DNA of 57,505 bases, the filler included, from Jimgerdemannia flammicorona (lineage: Eukaryota), in NCBI GenBank assembly GCA_003990765.1. It is 2 parts of 2 records of this genome, joined end to end, with 100 filler letters (N's around TTAATTAATTAA, not from the genome) between each part and the next. Parts side by side here need not be neighbours in the genome. Positions count along the whole stretch, not along the records: positions 1 to 28,711 come from RBNJ01000544.1; 1 more part is not named here. One strand, written 5' to 3'. Below are positions 11,857-26,395 of this stretch, one piece after another (the first letter of the stretch is position 1; each line of letters starts with the position of its first letter). The position numbers and the translations under genes were made by a program. The notes under the pieces are model-generated. The model saw nothing but the letters and a program-made list of their open reading frames with translations. It was not told the origin of the DNA and did no database searches.

Positions 11857-12307
11857 CAAAAGTACTGCAATGGCACTCAAGATCACTAGCACTGCCCAAA
11901 GAGCCATCAAGAGACAATGGCATACCACTGAGCCTCTGACTATAGAGGAGTCTTATGATAGTATCCAAAGTATTGTACAGACTCATCTCTCTCAAATCTC
12001 ATACTTCAAGATCTATCAGCATTGAAACGAATTTCAAGAGTACTTCAAACTTGGCCAAGTACTCAACCAAGACCCAGAAATGACCAAAGAAAATTGGATC
12101 ACAGAATGCCAGCTCTCCTATTCCCAGATCACCATTGCTAAGAGAATCCACAAGCTATTCCAAGAGGATGAACCAGCACTAGCCCACCTGTAAGGAGTAA
12201 CTCCCTCAGACTTCAACCAAGTCAGATGACACTATTGGGAAACAGTAATGCAACAAATCGCACAATACAAGACCATACAGACCATTGAAGCTTGGGAGTT
12301 TAAATAG
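11846..12307 (+). pseudogene. A1 accessory ORF3, unknown protein (~153 aa, interrupted by TGA/TAA stops)
   Basis: Colinear with the nearly intact ORF 45007-45468 of copy 2. Confidence 0.8.
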
Positions 12308-12344
12308 ATACTTCAAGGATGAGATCATCTATTCAGGAGAAAGT

Positions 12345-12804
12345 TGTGATGGTATAGCCAGATTTGGAAGAAGGAAATAGGGAACAGACACTTGATCGCA
12401 CCCAGTCCCAAAGTAGTATAGCTACATAGTTAGCAGTCCTCGATTTCACCACTTGCTAAATATTTCGCAAAGTGCAAGATCAAGCTTCTCGATATAGTAT
12501 AGCATTTCGCAACTGGCAAAATATTTTGCAAAGTGTTAAATGACTCATAACCTAGCTATATAACTCATCTTATAGCTAGCAAACTTGTATAAATAACCCA
12601 GTATCTTCAAGTGAATAAACCTTAGATCGAAATAGTTCAAAGCAAAGAGATAGCAAAGGAACTAGTAAGTCTGTGGACAGATATACTTCAAACTCACCCA
12701 CCCTCCTCTGCAACTTCAAGAGACTCTGTGAGAGTCAGAACAGTCAAGTTTTCAAGATACAGAAATCCGACATACTTTCAAGAGTAGGCTTCTGCTATGT
12801 TACA
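12345..12804 (+). repeat. 3' LTR of A1
   Basis: Direct repeat of 6125-6584, preceded by purine tract aggagaaag. Confidence 0.96.
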
Positions 12805-13251
12805 ATATATTATATATATACTATACTTTACTAAGCTAAATTTATTAAGAAGATTTATTATATAGAATACTTAAATATTGTAATCTTTCTTAATAAAGAC
12901 TAGAATAGATCTCTTAGATATATTTATATTAATAACTAGAACTATATTTTTATATCTATATCTATATATATTATTAGACTAATCTTAGCTTATTATAATA
13001 TAGTATATATTTTTATATATTTATTTATAAATACTCAGTACTAATATATCTCTAATTTATATAGTTAAAGAGAAAGTAATTATTCAATAATATAAATTAT
13101 ATACTTTTAATAATTATTAATTAAAATAAATATATTAAATTAAATTAAATTTAACTTAATTTGATTTAATTAGATTTAATTTAAATTAAGGTTTAATTTA
13201 AAGTTTAATTTGTATCTATTCTTTTAAAATTTAATAACTTTACTAAACTAT

Positions 13252-16200
13252 TATTAGGATGGCAACTTGATATATCAATATGTAATTGGTGATTTCATCA
13301 GTCTTATATCATCTATCAGTAATAGTGAATATATATCCTATATAAGTTTAATAAAAATGCCCCTCTTTCCAACAAAGGTTATGAGCTCTGCTAGCACTAA
13401 GTGGATATAGCAAAAATAAATAAATAAATAAATACATATACCTTATAAATATATACTATATAATATATACTAAAAATGGCAGATAGTTAATTTAGCAATG
13501 AAAGCAATATAGATACACCAACCATGAGTATTCTGGCAATAAGAACAGTCTCTATTGTAAGTATAAACATAGCCAAAAGGTCCATTCTGATCTTTAATGA
13601 GAAAGATTATGCCATCTAAGTGTTCCATATGATAAATCTTCTTGACAAATGTGACTTGGCAGAGTATATGAAGCCACAAGTACAGATTTAAGACTACAAC
13701 CCTGCAAATGATCACTGAGCATTATGTGAGATTATATAATTTATAAATAAAGCTCATAATACATGCAGATATGACCAATGAAGTATGGAAAGTTCTATAC
13801 AATCATTATGTATAAGTATCTACATTGAATAGATTCTATCTGAAATCTCAGCTATTCAATCTTTAAATAAAGCCAAAGGAGAATATTTATAAATATATCA
13901 GTTATATTGATAATCTAGTAAATTAAGTGAATTCTCTCAGTATATCTATGGATTGTATTGGTAATAAAGATAAGGTTATAGCACTCATAAGGAGACTTCT
14001 GGATATGTATAATGTTATCATTACAGCCATATATGAGAGTAGCCCTCTCATGGACTATATCCATATGATAATGAGTCTCATAAATGAGAAAATGCACCAA
14101 GGAAATAACAGTGATGATGATGAAAGAGCATTCTATGGATTCTATAGATGCAGTATCAAATAAGGTCAAAGTACAGTCAACAATATGACCAATGATCTCA
14201 AACTCAAAATTAATAATGCAATAGCTAACCAACTAAGTATAATGACTACTATGAATACTGCAGTAAGTATAGACATAAGAAGTACTAATGTTATCACTGG
14301 AAAAATGAAAATAAGTGTGAAAACTAGTATTGGAAATATAGAAATAGTGAAAAGAACTATCATAGAAGTGGCAGAAGTCAATATGAAAATACAAATACCA
14401 CCAAAACTAATAGAAGTGATAATTTATTTTTTATACAAACCAGTCCTTCTACATCTATAAGGCCTGGCAAGGATGATGATTTTGGATCTAAAAGTCCTGC
14501 CAAATCAACTGCCAATTCTGACAGTGTCAGTTCTGCTAGTTCTACTAGTACAGAATCTAGTGTTAAATCTACTAACTCATCATCTGCAAATACCAGTCAG
14601 TAAAATACTTTTGGACTAATGAAAAGTAGTGATAACATCAGTACTACCAGCAGCATAGATAGAAAAACCACCAACTATATATATATCTACTAAATATGCC
14701 AATATAGCCAATGATAACTATATCTGGTTAATGAATTCTGAAGTCATGTAATATATGATGTCATATAGAAAATAGTTCTCCATGTATCAATTATTTGAAC
14801 ACTCTATACTCATTAAGTTGGGAGATAACAATGTCATCTATGCTCAAGAAATGGGAAATTTCAGTACATATCTCTATAAAAATGTCATTAAGCCTACTAC
14901 TACTCTTGCAGATATACTATATACTTCAGAGATAGGAAAGAATCTCTTCTCTATAGACAAAATGAAGACTCATGGTAATAAAGATATATATATATATTCA
15001 AAAGACACAATAGTATATAATTCACATAACAATAAGAGATTAATAATAGTCTTGAAATATGGTAATCTTTATACAATCAATAGTATACTGAGTAGTATGA
15101 AAGTAACTATATATATGACAACTATGTCTAATGTGTCCAATATATGGCATCAATACTTAGGACATATCAGCAAGATAAGACTCAAATGAATGTTAAGAAG
15201 TGGATCCATCAGCAGATTACTGGAAATATATCCATATGACAGTTTTTGCAAGAATTGTATGGTAAATAAAATATTCTAGCAATCATTCAAAGAATGATTA
15301 AAGAATATATCCAAGACCCTTAACCTCATGTATATAGATATATATAGGCCAATGCATATACTATCATATTTCAGCAAAAGATATTTTCTCACATTCATTA
15401 ATAATCCTATGTAAAAAGTATATATATATCTTCTATCAGTAAAGAGTAAAGTCTTAGATAAATTCAAAGAATTCAAAGTGATCACTAAAAATGAAACTAG
15501 ATATAGAATACATGCTATATGATCAGATAATAGATGCAAATATATCAATCATATATTCAAGCAATTTCTGATAAAATATAGCATAATCTATCAAATTATG
15601 GCTCTCTATACACCTCAGCAGAATGGTATAGCTGAGTAATTTAACTGTATGGTCATCAAAATAGTACAGATAATAATCGATACTGCCAGATTAGGATATT
15701 CCTATTAGACCATAGCTATCAACACAGCAGTATATATCTTCAATAGATATATATCTTGATTGCTAAGTAAGGAAGCTGCCAACAACAATAAGCATAAGAA
15801 TGATATCTCACTTTTGAAGAATTATAAAGTAAAATGAAGCCAGATATATTCCATTTATATATATTTGAATGTGACATATATGTCCTTGATAAAAGCAATA
15901 CTATCTAGGATAAATTCAAACTCAAGATAAGTAAGTATGTGTTTCTTGAATATTCTGGCAAAGTATATCAGCTATGGGATCTATACAAGTAGCATATAGT
16001 TATCTTGTATAATATATAGTTCAGAGAAAAAGAAAATAGCTTAGAACCTTATATAGAAGTAGTAGTTGAGACCTCTATATCTATATATATCTATATCCCA
16101 GCTAGTATAAATGTAGCAATCAGTGCAACCATTATCCACCTCTCCAGCAGTTAATCAAAATTATTTTTAACTACTATATATACCTGAGCCTGAATCTAGA

Positions 16201-18507
16201 ATAAAAGAGATCAAAGATGAAGATAACAGTGAATCCTCCAATGATAAAGAATCCTTTACAAAGAGTAAACAAAAGAATAAGCAATCTAACATTTGCCAAG
16301 AAACTTATTCAGATTTAGGAAACTATTGAGATATACTAATAAGCTCTTGACAGCAATATAAGGACCATATGAGCTATACTAAAGTATATAAATATACATA
16401 TATTGTAATATCTTCTAGTGAGCCAAGCATATATGATGAAGCTGTAACTAATCCTGATAGCAAGAAATAGAAATAAGCAATAGCTGAGAAATATAATTCA
16501 CTTATCAAGAATAGTATATAGGGTCTTATGTCTCTTCTATAAAATCATCAAATAATCAGATCCAAGTGGGTATATAGAATAAAGTACAATGCTAAAGAAA
16601 ATATGAAGTAATATAAAGCTCATTTAATTGTTAAGAGCTATTTGTAAGATTATAGCATTGATAACAATGAAACATTCTCACTAGTGTTCAAGCTTACTTT
16701 ACTTAGAATACTTCTTGTGATCGATGCACTATATAATCTAGAAATCTATCAAATAGATATTAAGATAGTCTTTCTAAATAGTGACATAGATATCAAACTA
16801 TATTTTTATCAACTATAAGAATATAAACTATATGATAACCAGAATAGTAAGCTCATATACAAACTATATAAAAGACTATATAATATTAAGCAAGCAGTAT
16901 ACCTATAGAATAAAGGGATTGATAAATATCTCCTTGATAAGAATTCAAGTATTGCAAGGTAGATAATAGTATATATATATATATCCAGTATTATGATAAT
17001 ATATAGCATAGTATTTATTAGTATATGGGTTAATGATATCATCAGTAAGAATAGGCTTAATAGAGTAAAAGAAACTCTATACTAAGAATTCAAGATAACT
17101 GATATGGGTAATATATCTTTTTTTTTTTGGAGATATTGATTATATATAATAGAAATACATATGCTATATATCTCTTACAAGAAACTTATGCTAAAGCCAT
17201 CCTCGAATACTTCAATATGAGTAATTACAAGTCTGTTAGCACTCCTATAGATACTTTTATGAAGTTAAGGAAGTCAAGTACTATACCTGAGGATGATGAC
17301 AACAAGAATAGTATCAATAATATTCCCTATTATCAAGCAGTTGGCTCTCTCATGTATCTCATACTAGGAATGAGGTCTGATATATCATATACTATGAATA
17401 AGATAGCACAATATTTCTCATATTATGATAATTCATATTAGATAGCTGTTAAGAGGATTTGGTGATACTTAAAGAGATCAGTATACTATATATTCATACT
17501 GAATGATGATATTAGATTAAGTAGGAGCAATAGCATCCAGCTATTATTTATGATACTAATTGGGACAGAGACTTAAATGACCACTGATCTACAACTGGAT
17601 ATCTCTTCCATATTGGTGATCAAGGATCTATCATTTTATAGCAAATATACAAGTAGAGTTCTGTGGCAATATTCTTAATACAGACAGAGTACAAGATATT
17701 ATTATTGACAATAAAGGAAGTCATTTGGCTCTGTGAACTATTAAAGGAGCTCAGCTTTACTCAGGAAAAGAACTCTATACTAATCAAGCAAGATAATCAA
17801 TCAATGATAGTACTTGCCAAAAATCTAGTATACTATAGCAAAACAAAACATATTAATATATAGTACCACTTTGTTTATGAATATATAGAAAATAGTACTA
17901 TATATCTGAAATATATCTCTATGAAGTATATAACTACCAATTCACTTACTAAAGCCCTTCTAAGACCAAAGTTCTAGCAATATATAAAGGAATAGGTCTT
18001 ATACCAATATTTAATTGATTATAGGATACTCTTCTCTTTTTTTAGGTTATTAAAAGTCTCTTATACTATATATATTTACATATATTAGTTATATCCCTCA
18101 TCTGTGAGTGGATAATATTATATTACATTGTGGAAAATATTTAAAATATTTCATATATCTCAGAACAATTTTCAATTAATGAAAATTTCTATATAACTGG
18201 TCTTTTACTATATTCTTTACTTATTTTTATACTTATAAGTAGAAAATTTTGACCTTCTAAGGTTATTTAGATAGAATTCTGTTGGTTATATCTAATTTAC
18301 CTCCATTTTAGTTTGCATTCTATTTTTTTTTTTATAGATACATTTTGTATTCTTTTTATATATATATCTCATTGAGTGAGAGTGTTGAGATAGCAACTTG
18401 ATATATCAACACATGATTGGTAATTTCATCAGTCTTACATTATCTATCAGTAATACATGAAATATACATCCTATATAAGTTTAATAAAAATACACCTCTT
18501 TCTAATA
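13252..18507 (+). mobile_element. Ty1/copia LTR retrotransposon, heavily mutated
   Basis: ~123-bp LTRs at 13252-13374 and 18383-18507; TSD actat/attat; PBS ggttatgagctc (copia-type half-tRNAMet site GGTTATGGGCCC); PR-IN-RT-RH order (IWHQYLGHIS, YTPQQNGIAE, YYQAVGSLMYL, SKTKHINI). Confidence 0.93.
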
Positions 18508-21022
18508 ATTATATTTAAATTTAATAATCTTTAGCTTATTAAATATATCTTATTAAAATAAATCTAATATAATAAAAATATTAAATATAGTTAAGTTATT
18601 ATATTTTAAATTTAAAATAGAAATTAAAAAATAAATTTGATATTAATTCAATTTAAAAAGATATTAATTTAAATTAAATCAAATTTAATAAAATCTCAGT
18701 TTAATTTGAACTTAATTTTATTTATTTAGAAATACTAATTATAATTACTAATAATTTAAAACTAATGAAATAGTTAAAATTATATATCCATATAAAGTTA
18801 ATATCTAAATATAATAAATTTATAATAGTTAACATAAAGATGAGAAATATAAAGATATATTAATAATTGGAGTTTTTTAATTTTTTTAGTTAATAAATAT
18901 TAAGTTCTTATATAATAAATTAATAACTTAAAAAATATATCTTTTTAATTATTTTTAATTTTCAAGTTAGTTATAAAATATACTTAATAATAATAACTGA
19001 AGATATTATTACTAAACTACTAAAATAAGTAAAAATAAAATATAAAATAATATATCTTAATATTTTATTATTAGAATACTCTTATTTTACTAAGTATTTC
19101 TAATTATTTTAAGTTATTTATATAAGTTTAAAGTATAAAGTTTAAGCTATTAATTTTAATATTAAGTTAAATTTAAACTATTTATTATATTATATATAAA
19201 TTTAAATATATTTTATTAATTAAAATTATTATAATTAAAAATATAAGTATTAAAATAGATAGTCATTATATATTATTTATACTTTTAAGATAAATATATA
19301 TAATTACTGTGATAAACCAGAATGTATCATCTAAATTATAATTTAGTCAGATAATATAAATATATAGCATCATAACCAGATATAGCAACTATTGCTGTGG
19401 AAAACTATATAAATAGCCAGACTACTAGATAAGATATACCTATGCTGAACATCTGTGCTAAACTAGCATACTTGTGCTAAACCAGCACACCTATGCCAAA
19501 CCAGTATACTTGCTATAGATAGCAATCTATAATTAGCAATATAGTAATCAGATAGTAATTACAACTATATAAAATATCCTAGAAATAAGAGTGAATAAAC
19601 CTCTGTCTGAATTGAAGTACAAACTAAAGAACTAAAGATTGATCATTGGTCTCCTTATTCTTACTCTTGTCTACTTTTCAATATAAAGCCTTAGTTTACT
19701 TACCAGATAAGCCTGAAGATTTGCTGTCAAAGTTCAAAAAAGATCTTCACTGCCTTTTGAAGAGAAATCTACTGCTTATAGAATAAGCCATTATATTTTT
19801 AGTTCACTTGCCGGATAAGCCTGAAGAAGTCTGAGTTATCCACATTTCTGGAGAGCCTTAAGAAATCTTGCTACAAAGCCAGTCTGTTGATGCAACTTCA
19901 CAGTGAACTTATTCATGCAAATGAAGCCATTCTTGATGTAACTTTGCCCAAAAGCCCACCATCCTAGTTATTTCCCAGAAGTCTGCTGATTTAGAAAGAG
20001 TCTGCAATATCTGAGTTATTTATCTGTTTCCAGTAAACCCAATTACTACCAGTATAATTTCCAGTGAGCCTGATCTGCACCATCCTCTATTCCCAGTAAG
20101 CCACCAATTCAGAAGAATTTATACTAAATTGATTTATCTACCAAATTGCCAGATTGTCCTGCATAAGGAACCCACTGCACTACACAGAGATCATCACACT
20201 ATACAAAGAGATCTTTATGCAGAAATCACATTTTTTGGAGAATGCCCATACTACACAAATTGCTGCTACATCCAGAGAACCATCCCAATAGGAAAATTGA
20301 TATATAAATCACTTGCAGATATTCAGTTTTAACTATTATACCACTAAACACCAAGAATATTTTATTGCTTTTAACAAAGTAACTGGGGACTCAAGTAAAA
20401 TATATCAACTCCCAATCTTGTAATTTGTCTCTATTGAGTCAGATATGTTATATTTGGAGGCTCAACTCGGAAGATCTCAAAATTGATGTGACTTTTTAGC
20501 TTATAAGAACCTATAGTCAGACTGAATACATTTAATACAACTCCAATCTCTGTCACCACAGGAGAACTAGTCATCACCAGCATTTAGACAGGAAGAGAAG
20601 TAATCACCTCAAGACTTACCAATTACATAGTATCAGAAGGATCTCAATCAGAACTAGAAGCTAGTATAACCCAAAATCTCCAATCAGATCAATCAGACAA
20701 TACAGGTGGCCCTGTTGGAAATTTTGAAGAACTTTCCCAAGAACTAGAAGATCTTATTACACAAGTCCTAAATTCTGTAGTTAGACATCCCACAGTAGCC
20801 CCACCAATCTTACTCATTAAATCTTTACTATCAGTCCTTGCAGAATTGGAAATAGCTTCTTCAAGAATACCTAGACTCATTCCACTTCATCCAAGGTCCA
20901 GAAAACCATCCTTAAGATACCCAAGCACCCACATTTCTATTGACAATTTAGAAAGTAAATCAGAGTCAGAATTCGAATCAGAACCCAGACCAGAACCAGA
21001 ATCAGAAGGAAGTGATGATAAA

Positions 21023-24000
21023 ATGGCCACCTTATTGCTAACTTTTGCAGAATATTTAAAAGAAGACCCTAGAGAATTCCTTGATGGAATTGAAGGAATC
21101 ACAGCTCTGAGAAATCTCTCAGACAAAAGAAAAATTGTCATCTATAAGGCCCAGCTCAGAGAACCAGTCAGAGGAATTTTTCACTGAACAACAAATGACC
21201 CACACTCAGAACTAGTAACATAAATATAAGTAGCAGTATCCTACAAGCTGGAATACATAGCCATAGTCTACTGGCTTATCAAAAAATATATAGAAAACAA
21301 AACCCACTATAAGGCTCAAGAATCTATTATAGAGATAAAGATGAATCTTAGAGAATCACCTAGAGTCTTCTTTGTAAGAATCCAGAAGAAAATGTATATA
21401 GCTAGGTTCAATGCTACCAACAAAGACATTATAGGTCCAATGACCTTCATGAATGGAATTCCCCCAAACATTGCCCAGCATATCTGTATCTTAGGCATCA
21501 GAAGATCTGAAGAGCAAGTAGATGCAGCCTAAGAATTCTTTGATATCAGACAAAAAACTATCTGAAGTGACTATGATAAGAAGAATGATAAAGAATATAT
21601 CCTAGTCAAAGCCCTATAAGGACTCCTTCAAGGATGAGAAAGATCTAAAGATAAAAGATCAGTCAAAGAAGGAGAGAAGAACAGAAATGAAATCTAAGAC
21701 CATAGTTTCAAGTTGGACTAATTGGTTGGATAGATCAAAAAACTCACCATATGTAAAAATCAGAGTTATCAAGACAATAGAGGATCCCCCCCACAAAGAA
21801 ACCAAGGTTATCTATCCAGAGATAATAGGAGCTATCAGTAAGAAGAAAGAAGATACTCTATCTGAGATAGAGCCCAAGTCCAATACTTCTACTGTAGACA
21901 ATTCAGACACTATGCTACTGAATATGATAACAAAAGAAGTAACCAAAGAGATTCAGAACTATGAAATCGAAGGAATGAAACCTAGTACAAGAGGACTGAA
22001 GCCCATCCTGTTGAAGACTTTGAAGAAGAAAGCAACAGTAAAGACTACAGTGACCTGGACTTGTACCTAGCCAAAGTTACCACCCAAAGGACAGTCTACC
22101 TAGCAGAGAAAAGAAAGAGACCTATAGGAAGGCCATCCAGGAATATCAGTAGAAGAATTATCCAAGAAGAAGAATATGAAGAATAATAAGTAGAAACACC
22201 TCTCCAGACTCCCTCACCTTTTGCCCCTGAGACAAATGAGCTACTACCAGAGGATGAAGAAATAGAGTAAAAAGAATGAGAACCTACTGCTCCAAAGCCC
22301 AAGAAGAAGTACACCTTAAAGACTATGCCCAGAGATATCTACAATGAAGTCTGGCAGAAGATTCAAGAAGCCAAGATAGAAGTCCCTTTCCTGCAGTTCC
22401 TGCAACTGACATCAGCTGAAGTCTGAAACAAATTACTGAGGACTACTAGGTCTAGCACTGGCCAAGTTTCTATTCCACAGCAAGAGCTAGCTCCCAAACT
22501 CATCCAAGCTGCAGAAAGATATATCAGCACCTACTTACATAGAGATATTAGTGGACAAAAGGCAATGATTCTCATAGATATAGGAGTAGCTATCTGTATT
22601 ATTGCCAAATGATTTCTAGATACCCTCCAATGGCTCAATGATAGACCAACCTCAGCATCATAGTAGCAGATGGAGCCCAAACTCAACCTCTTGGAGAAGT
22701 ACATATGAAACATCATTATTTCTCTAGGACACATTCAGTTCTCAATCTCAAAAGCTGTTGTCACCAAAACTGTCACCTATGGCACCAACTGAATGAAGGA
22801 AATGAATGCAGTTGTTGATATTGGTCAACAAGTACCCAAGTTTGACTACTGAGCAAGAAGTACAGATGTAAGGTGACCAACTATGAGCAATCAAAGAAGA
22901 AGAAGAAGATCACTATCCAGGAGGAATATGCTAGTAGTGAAGAATCTACTATAGAAGAGGAGGAAGAATCTGAAGATAAAAATGATCTCAGACTCAATCC
23001 CTGGATCAATCTAGTGGATGACAGGCCAGAAGACAATGTGGGCCAAAAACACCATCTCCATTACCATCAGAGCCATTGCAGGAGAAATCAAAGGATGCCC
23101 CATCTGCCTCAAGAGACACAAGTACCTCAAGCACTCCTCCAAGATCATTGGGACAAGGAATTCGCCTGGCACAATCTGCCTGGAGTATAGAAAGAAGAAG
23201 AAGAAATACAGATATATTCCAGAAACATCGGCAGCTGAAGCTGCAGAAGTATAAGCAATTTGGGATCAAGAATAATCTGAAGAAGAAGAAGCTCCTGAAT
23301 GGGAGGTTTCTGAACAAGAAGTATCTGAAGAAGAAGAGATCCCCAAACTCATTCCCTGGGATGACCCTTGCTGGACACTATCTGAAGATAATGATCCTTG
23401 GAATATAGAAGAAGGACCCAGTATAATCCCCATCATTCTCAAGAAAGAAACTCACCAAGAAAGGGCTTTTCAGCTAGAAAGATGTCTACACCAAATTATC
23501 TTCCACTCTTCTTGAGACTACTGCTATCAGTGCTATCTATGAGACCTGTAAGAAAGACAGAGACTCTAAAGACCAGAACTCCCAACTACAGTTGTACAGT
23601 CAACAACTTTTCAAGAAGTTACCACCAAGTTGCAAAGCTGATTTAGAGGATAAGGCCTCTTTACTTGAACAGAAGTATACCTCTTATCTACTCTTCCTGC
23701 AACTTATGACTAAGATGGATACTAATTCCCAAGACAATAAGAAATCAATAACTGGGAATAGCATTTTCAAGCAATGGAATATTGTAACCATAGAAGATAC
23801 CCAGACTGCCAAGACTGCAGATATCAGAAGATTCACCTCAGTTATGATATTGTGATCCACACCTTGAAAAGAGAAGATAATAGAGACCAGATTCAAAAAA
23901 GCCAGACCAAGAAGCCAGAAAGAAGGACTCTTAAGATCTATGATTTAGAAGAAGACATCTTAGCTCTTATCAGACACACAACCTACCAAAAATGGATAGA

Positions 24001-26395
24001 AGATGCCACCAACTTCATGGAAGCCCTAGACCCTACAGAAAGAAGAGAAATCAACTATCTCCAAGACCCCTCTACTGGAGCCAGATGGCCACACCTCAAC
24101 CTCAGAGCCTGGAGGCTCTCTGCTAGTAGAGCTTTAGCTCAAGGATCGCCTGAACTCAGCAAAGATATTGCCCAGTATGCCCTGCTACATCCTAAGGCCA
24201 AACCCCCAACCAAAGCTCACCTGGAAGATATATGATATGATCTTCACAGTCTGGAGGATGAATCCATCAAGTCTGGAAAACATTCATGATTAGAACTGGA
24301 CTAGCCATACAGCCACCCCAAGGAACTTACATCCAACTGACCTCAAGGTCTAGACTTGCCAGATAAGGAATAACTATAGAAGAAGGAATCATCGATTCAG
24401 AATATACAAGTAAAATCAAGGTCATCTTACACAACAGTAGTACAGAATATTACTGAATCATTAGAGAACAGAAGATTGCCCAAGCAGTCTTCATGAATGT
24501 CAAGAACATACAATTATAAGAAGTTCCCAAACTGATTGAAGGAACAAGACAAGCCAAAGTATTTGGAAGTTCAGATAAGAAGGAAGTACATCTCCTTCAA
24601 CTCAACCATCTCAAGAGGAATGTTCTCCAGCAAGTATACTACCAACTAGTCAAACTGCACAAGAATCTCATTCTAGAGCCTAGAGAGCAAACCACCTTTA
24701 ATATCTTTATATCACCTGACTTCATAAATCTCTTCTTCAAACTCAATAAAGATATCCCATACCTGGATATAGAAGAATATACATTTCTCAATAAGATGAA
24801 TCCAGTATACTCCCAAGCAACCAACCAAAGTTGGGAGACTATCATCTTGCCAAAAGGAACTATCATAGGACATCTGGTGCCTTTTCTCAACTGAACTTAT
24901 AGAGAAGTTTATAAACTAAACTTATCAGGAAATGGCAAAAGGTTCTAGAAGAAAGAAAAGGCCCCTCTGCAATCCAGGAGACAGTGAAGTCTTCTACTAA
25001 CATTGAAGAAGAATTGATACCTCAGTAATGACAACAACTAGTAGAACTCTTCAACAAATATTAAGATATCTTCACTACTGATTATAGCAACCTACTATAT
25101 AACCCATCATATCACTACAGCATATATATAGGAAATGTAATGCCCATCTAATAGAAACTCTATAGAATACCCCATTACCTAAAGACATTCAAAAAGGAGT
25201 ACATTCAAGAACTCTTAGACAATAGAGTCATCTGACCCTCAACTAGCCCCTGGGCCAGTCCTATACTTATTGTACCAAGGAAAAGAGGATAGAGACTCTA
25301 CATTGATTACAGAAAACTCAATTCAGTCACTGAAAAGGATGCCTATCCTTTGCCAAGAATCAATGACCTCTTGGATCAGTTACAAGATACTAGATACTTC
25401 AGTAGTATGGACCCTTTTATAGAATTCTATGAGATTTTCATAAATCTAAAAGACATTCAGAAGATGGCCTTTCTTGCCCTAGGAAAACTGTTTAAATACC
25501 TCTGAATACCCTTTGGACTTTGCAATACACCTCCCACCTTCCAGAAAATGATGAATTTGGTCTATGCCCCTCTGATCTACCACTGTCTGATTGTATACAT
25601 AGATGATTCCAATATCTATTCAGCAAATTTCAGAGAACAACTGCACTATCTAAAAGAATTCTTCAAGCTCACCCACCAGAACCACCTGAGACTCAATGCT
25701 AAGAAATACTACTTTGGGAAACAGAAACTTGAATTCCTTAGATTCATAGTTTTGAATGAAGGAATCCATACAGACCCAAAGAAAACTGAGAAGATCAACA
25801 ATTAGTCAGTACCCAATACCCCACCAAAAAACCTATCATTTCTGATGTTAGTGTCCTACTACAGAAGGTTTATTAAGAACTTTGCCCAAATCACTGCCTC
25901 AATTCGGATTCTTCTCAAGAAATAAGTGCCATACAAATAGATAGAATCACAAGAGAAAGCCTTCAAAGAACTCAAGAACTGCATGACCACAGCACTAATC
26001 TTGTGCACCCCAATCTACAGAAGCCATTCATCTTATACATAGATGCTTCCAAAGATAGCCTAGGAGCAGTTCTAGCCTAAGAAGGATCTAATCAATAATA
26101 CCATATGATAGCTTATATAAACTAAGCTACCAATCAGCAGCAGATGAACTATGGTAACACCAAACTAGAATGTCTTGCAGTTATATAGATGGTCACTTTG
26201 TTTAAGTATTACCTTATTGGAAAAAGGTTCACTCTAATCACAGACCATGCAGTACTCAAATGGCTATTCAACTATAAGGAACCTACTGAAATCCTAGCCT
26301 ACTGGATCCTTATCCTTTAGGATTACAAAATCACCATTATTCACAAAGTAGAAAAAGCTCACAACAATATTGATGTACTTTCCCACCAGCTCTAA
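21023..26395 (+). pseudogene. C polyprotein gag-PR-long Cys/acidic insert-dUTPase-RT-RNase H
   Basis: EDPREFLDGIE capsid-like start; ILIDIGVAICI protease; RT and RNase H motifs; ends HNNIDVLSHQL*. Confidence 0.85.
24185..24575 (+). pseudogene. dUTPase domain of family C
   Basis: LHPKAKPPTKAH..YDL..RTGLAIQPPQGTYIQLTSRS.LA..GIIDSEYTSKIKVILHN..KIAQ..RQAKVFGSS. Confidence 0.88.

Larger units (their letters stand above)
6125..12804 (+). mobile_element. Full-length Ty3/gypsy LTR retrotransposon, family A copy 1 (inactivated)
   Basis: 460-bp TGT...ACA LTRs, ATAT flanking both ends, purine tract before the 3' LTR, gag-PR-RT-RH-IN order. Confidence 0.97.
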
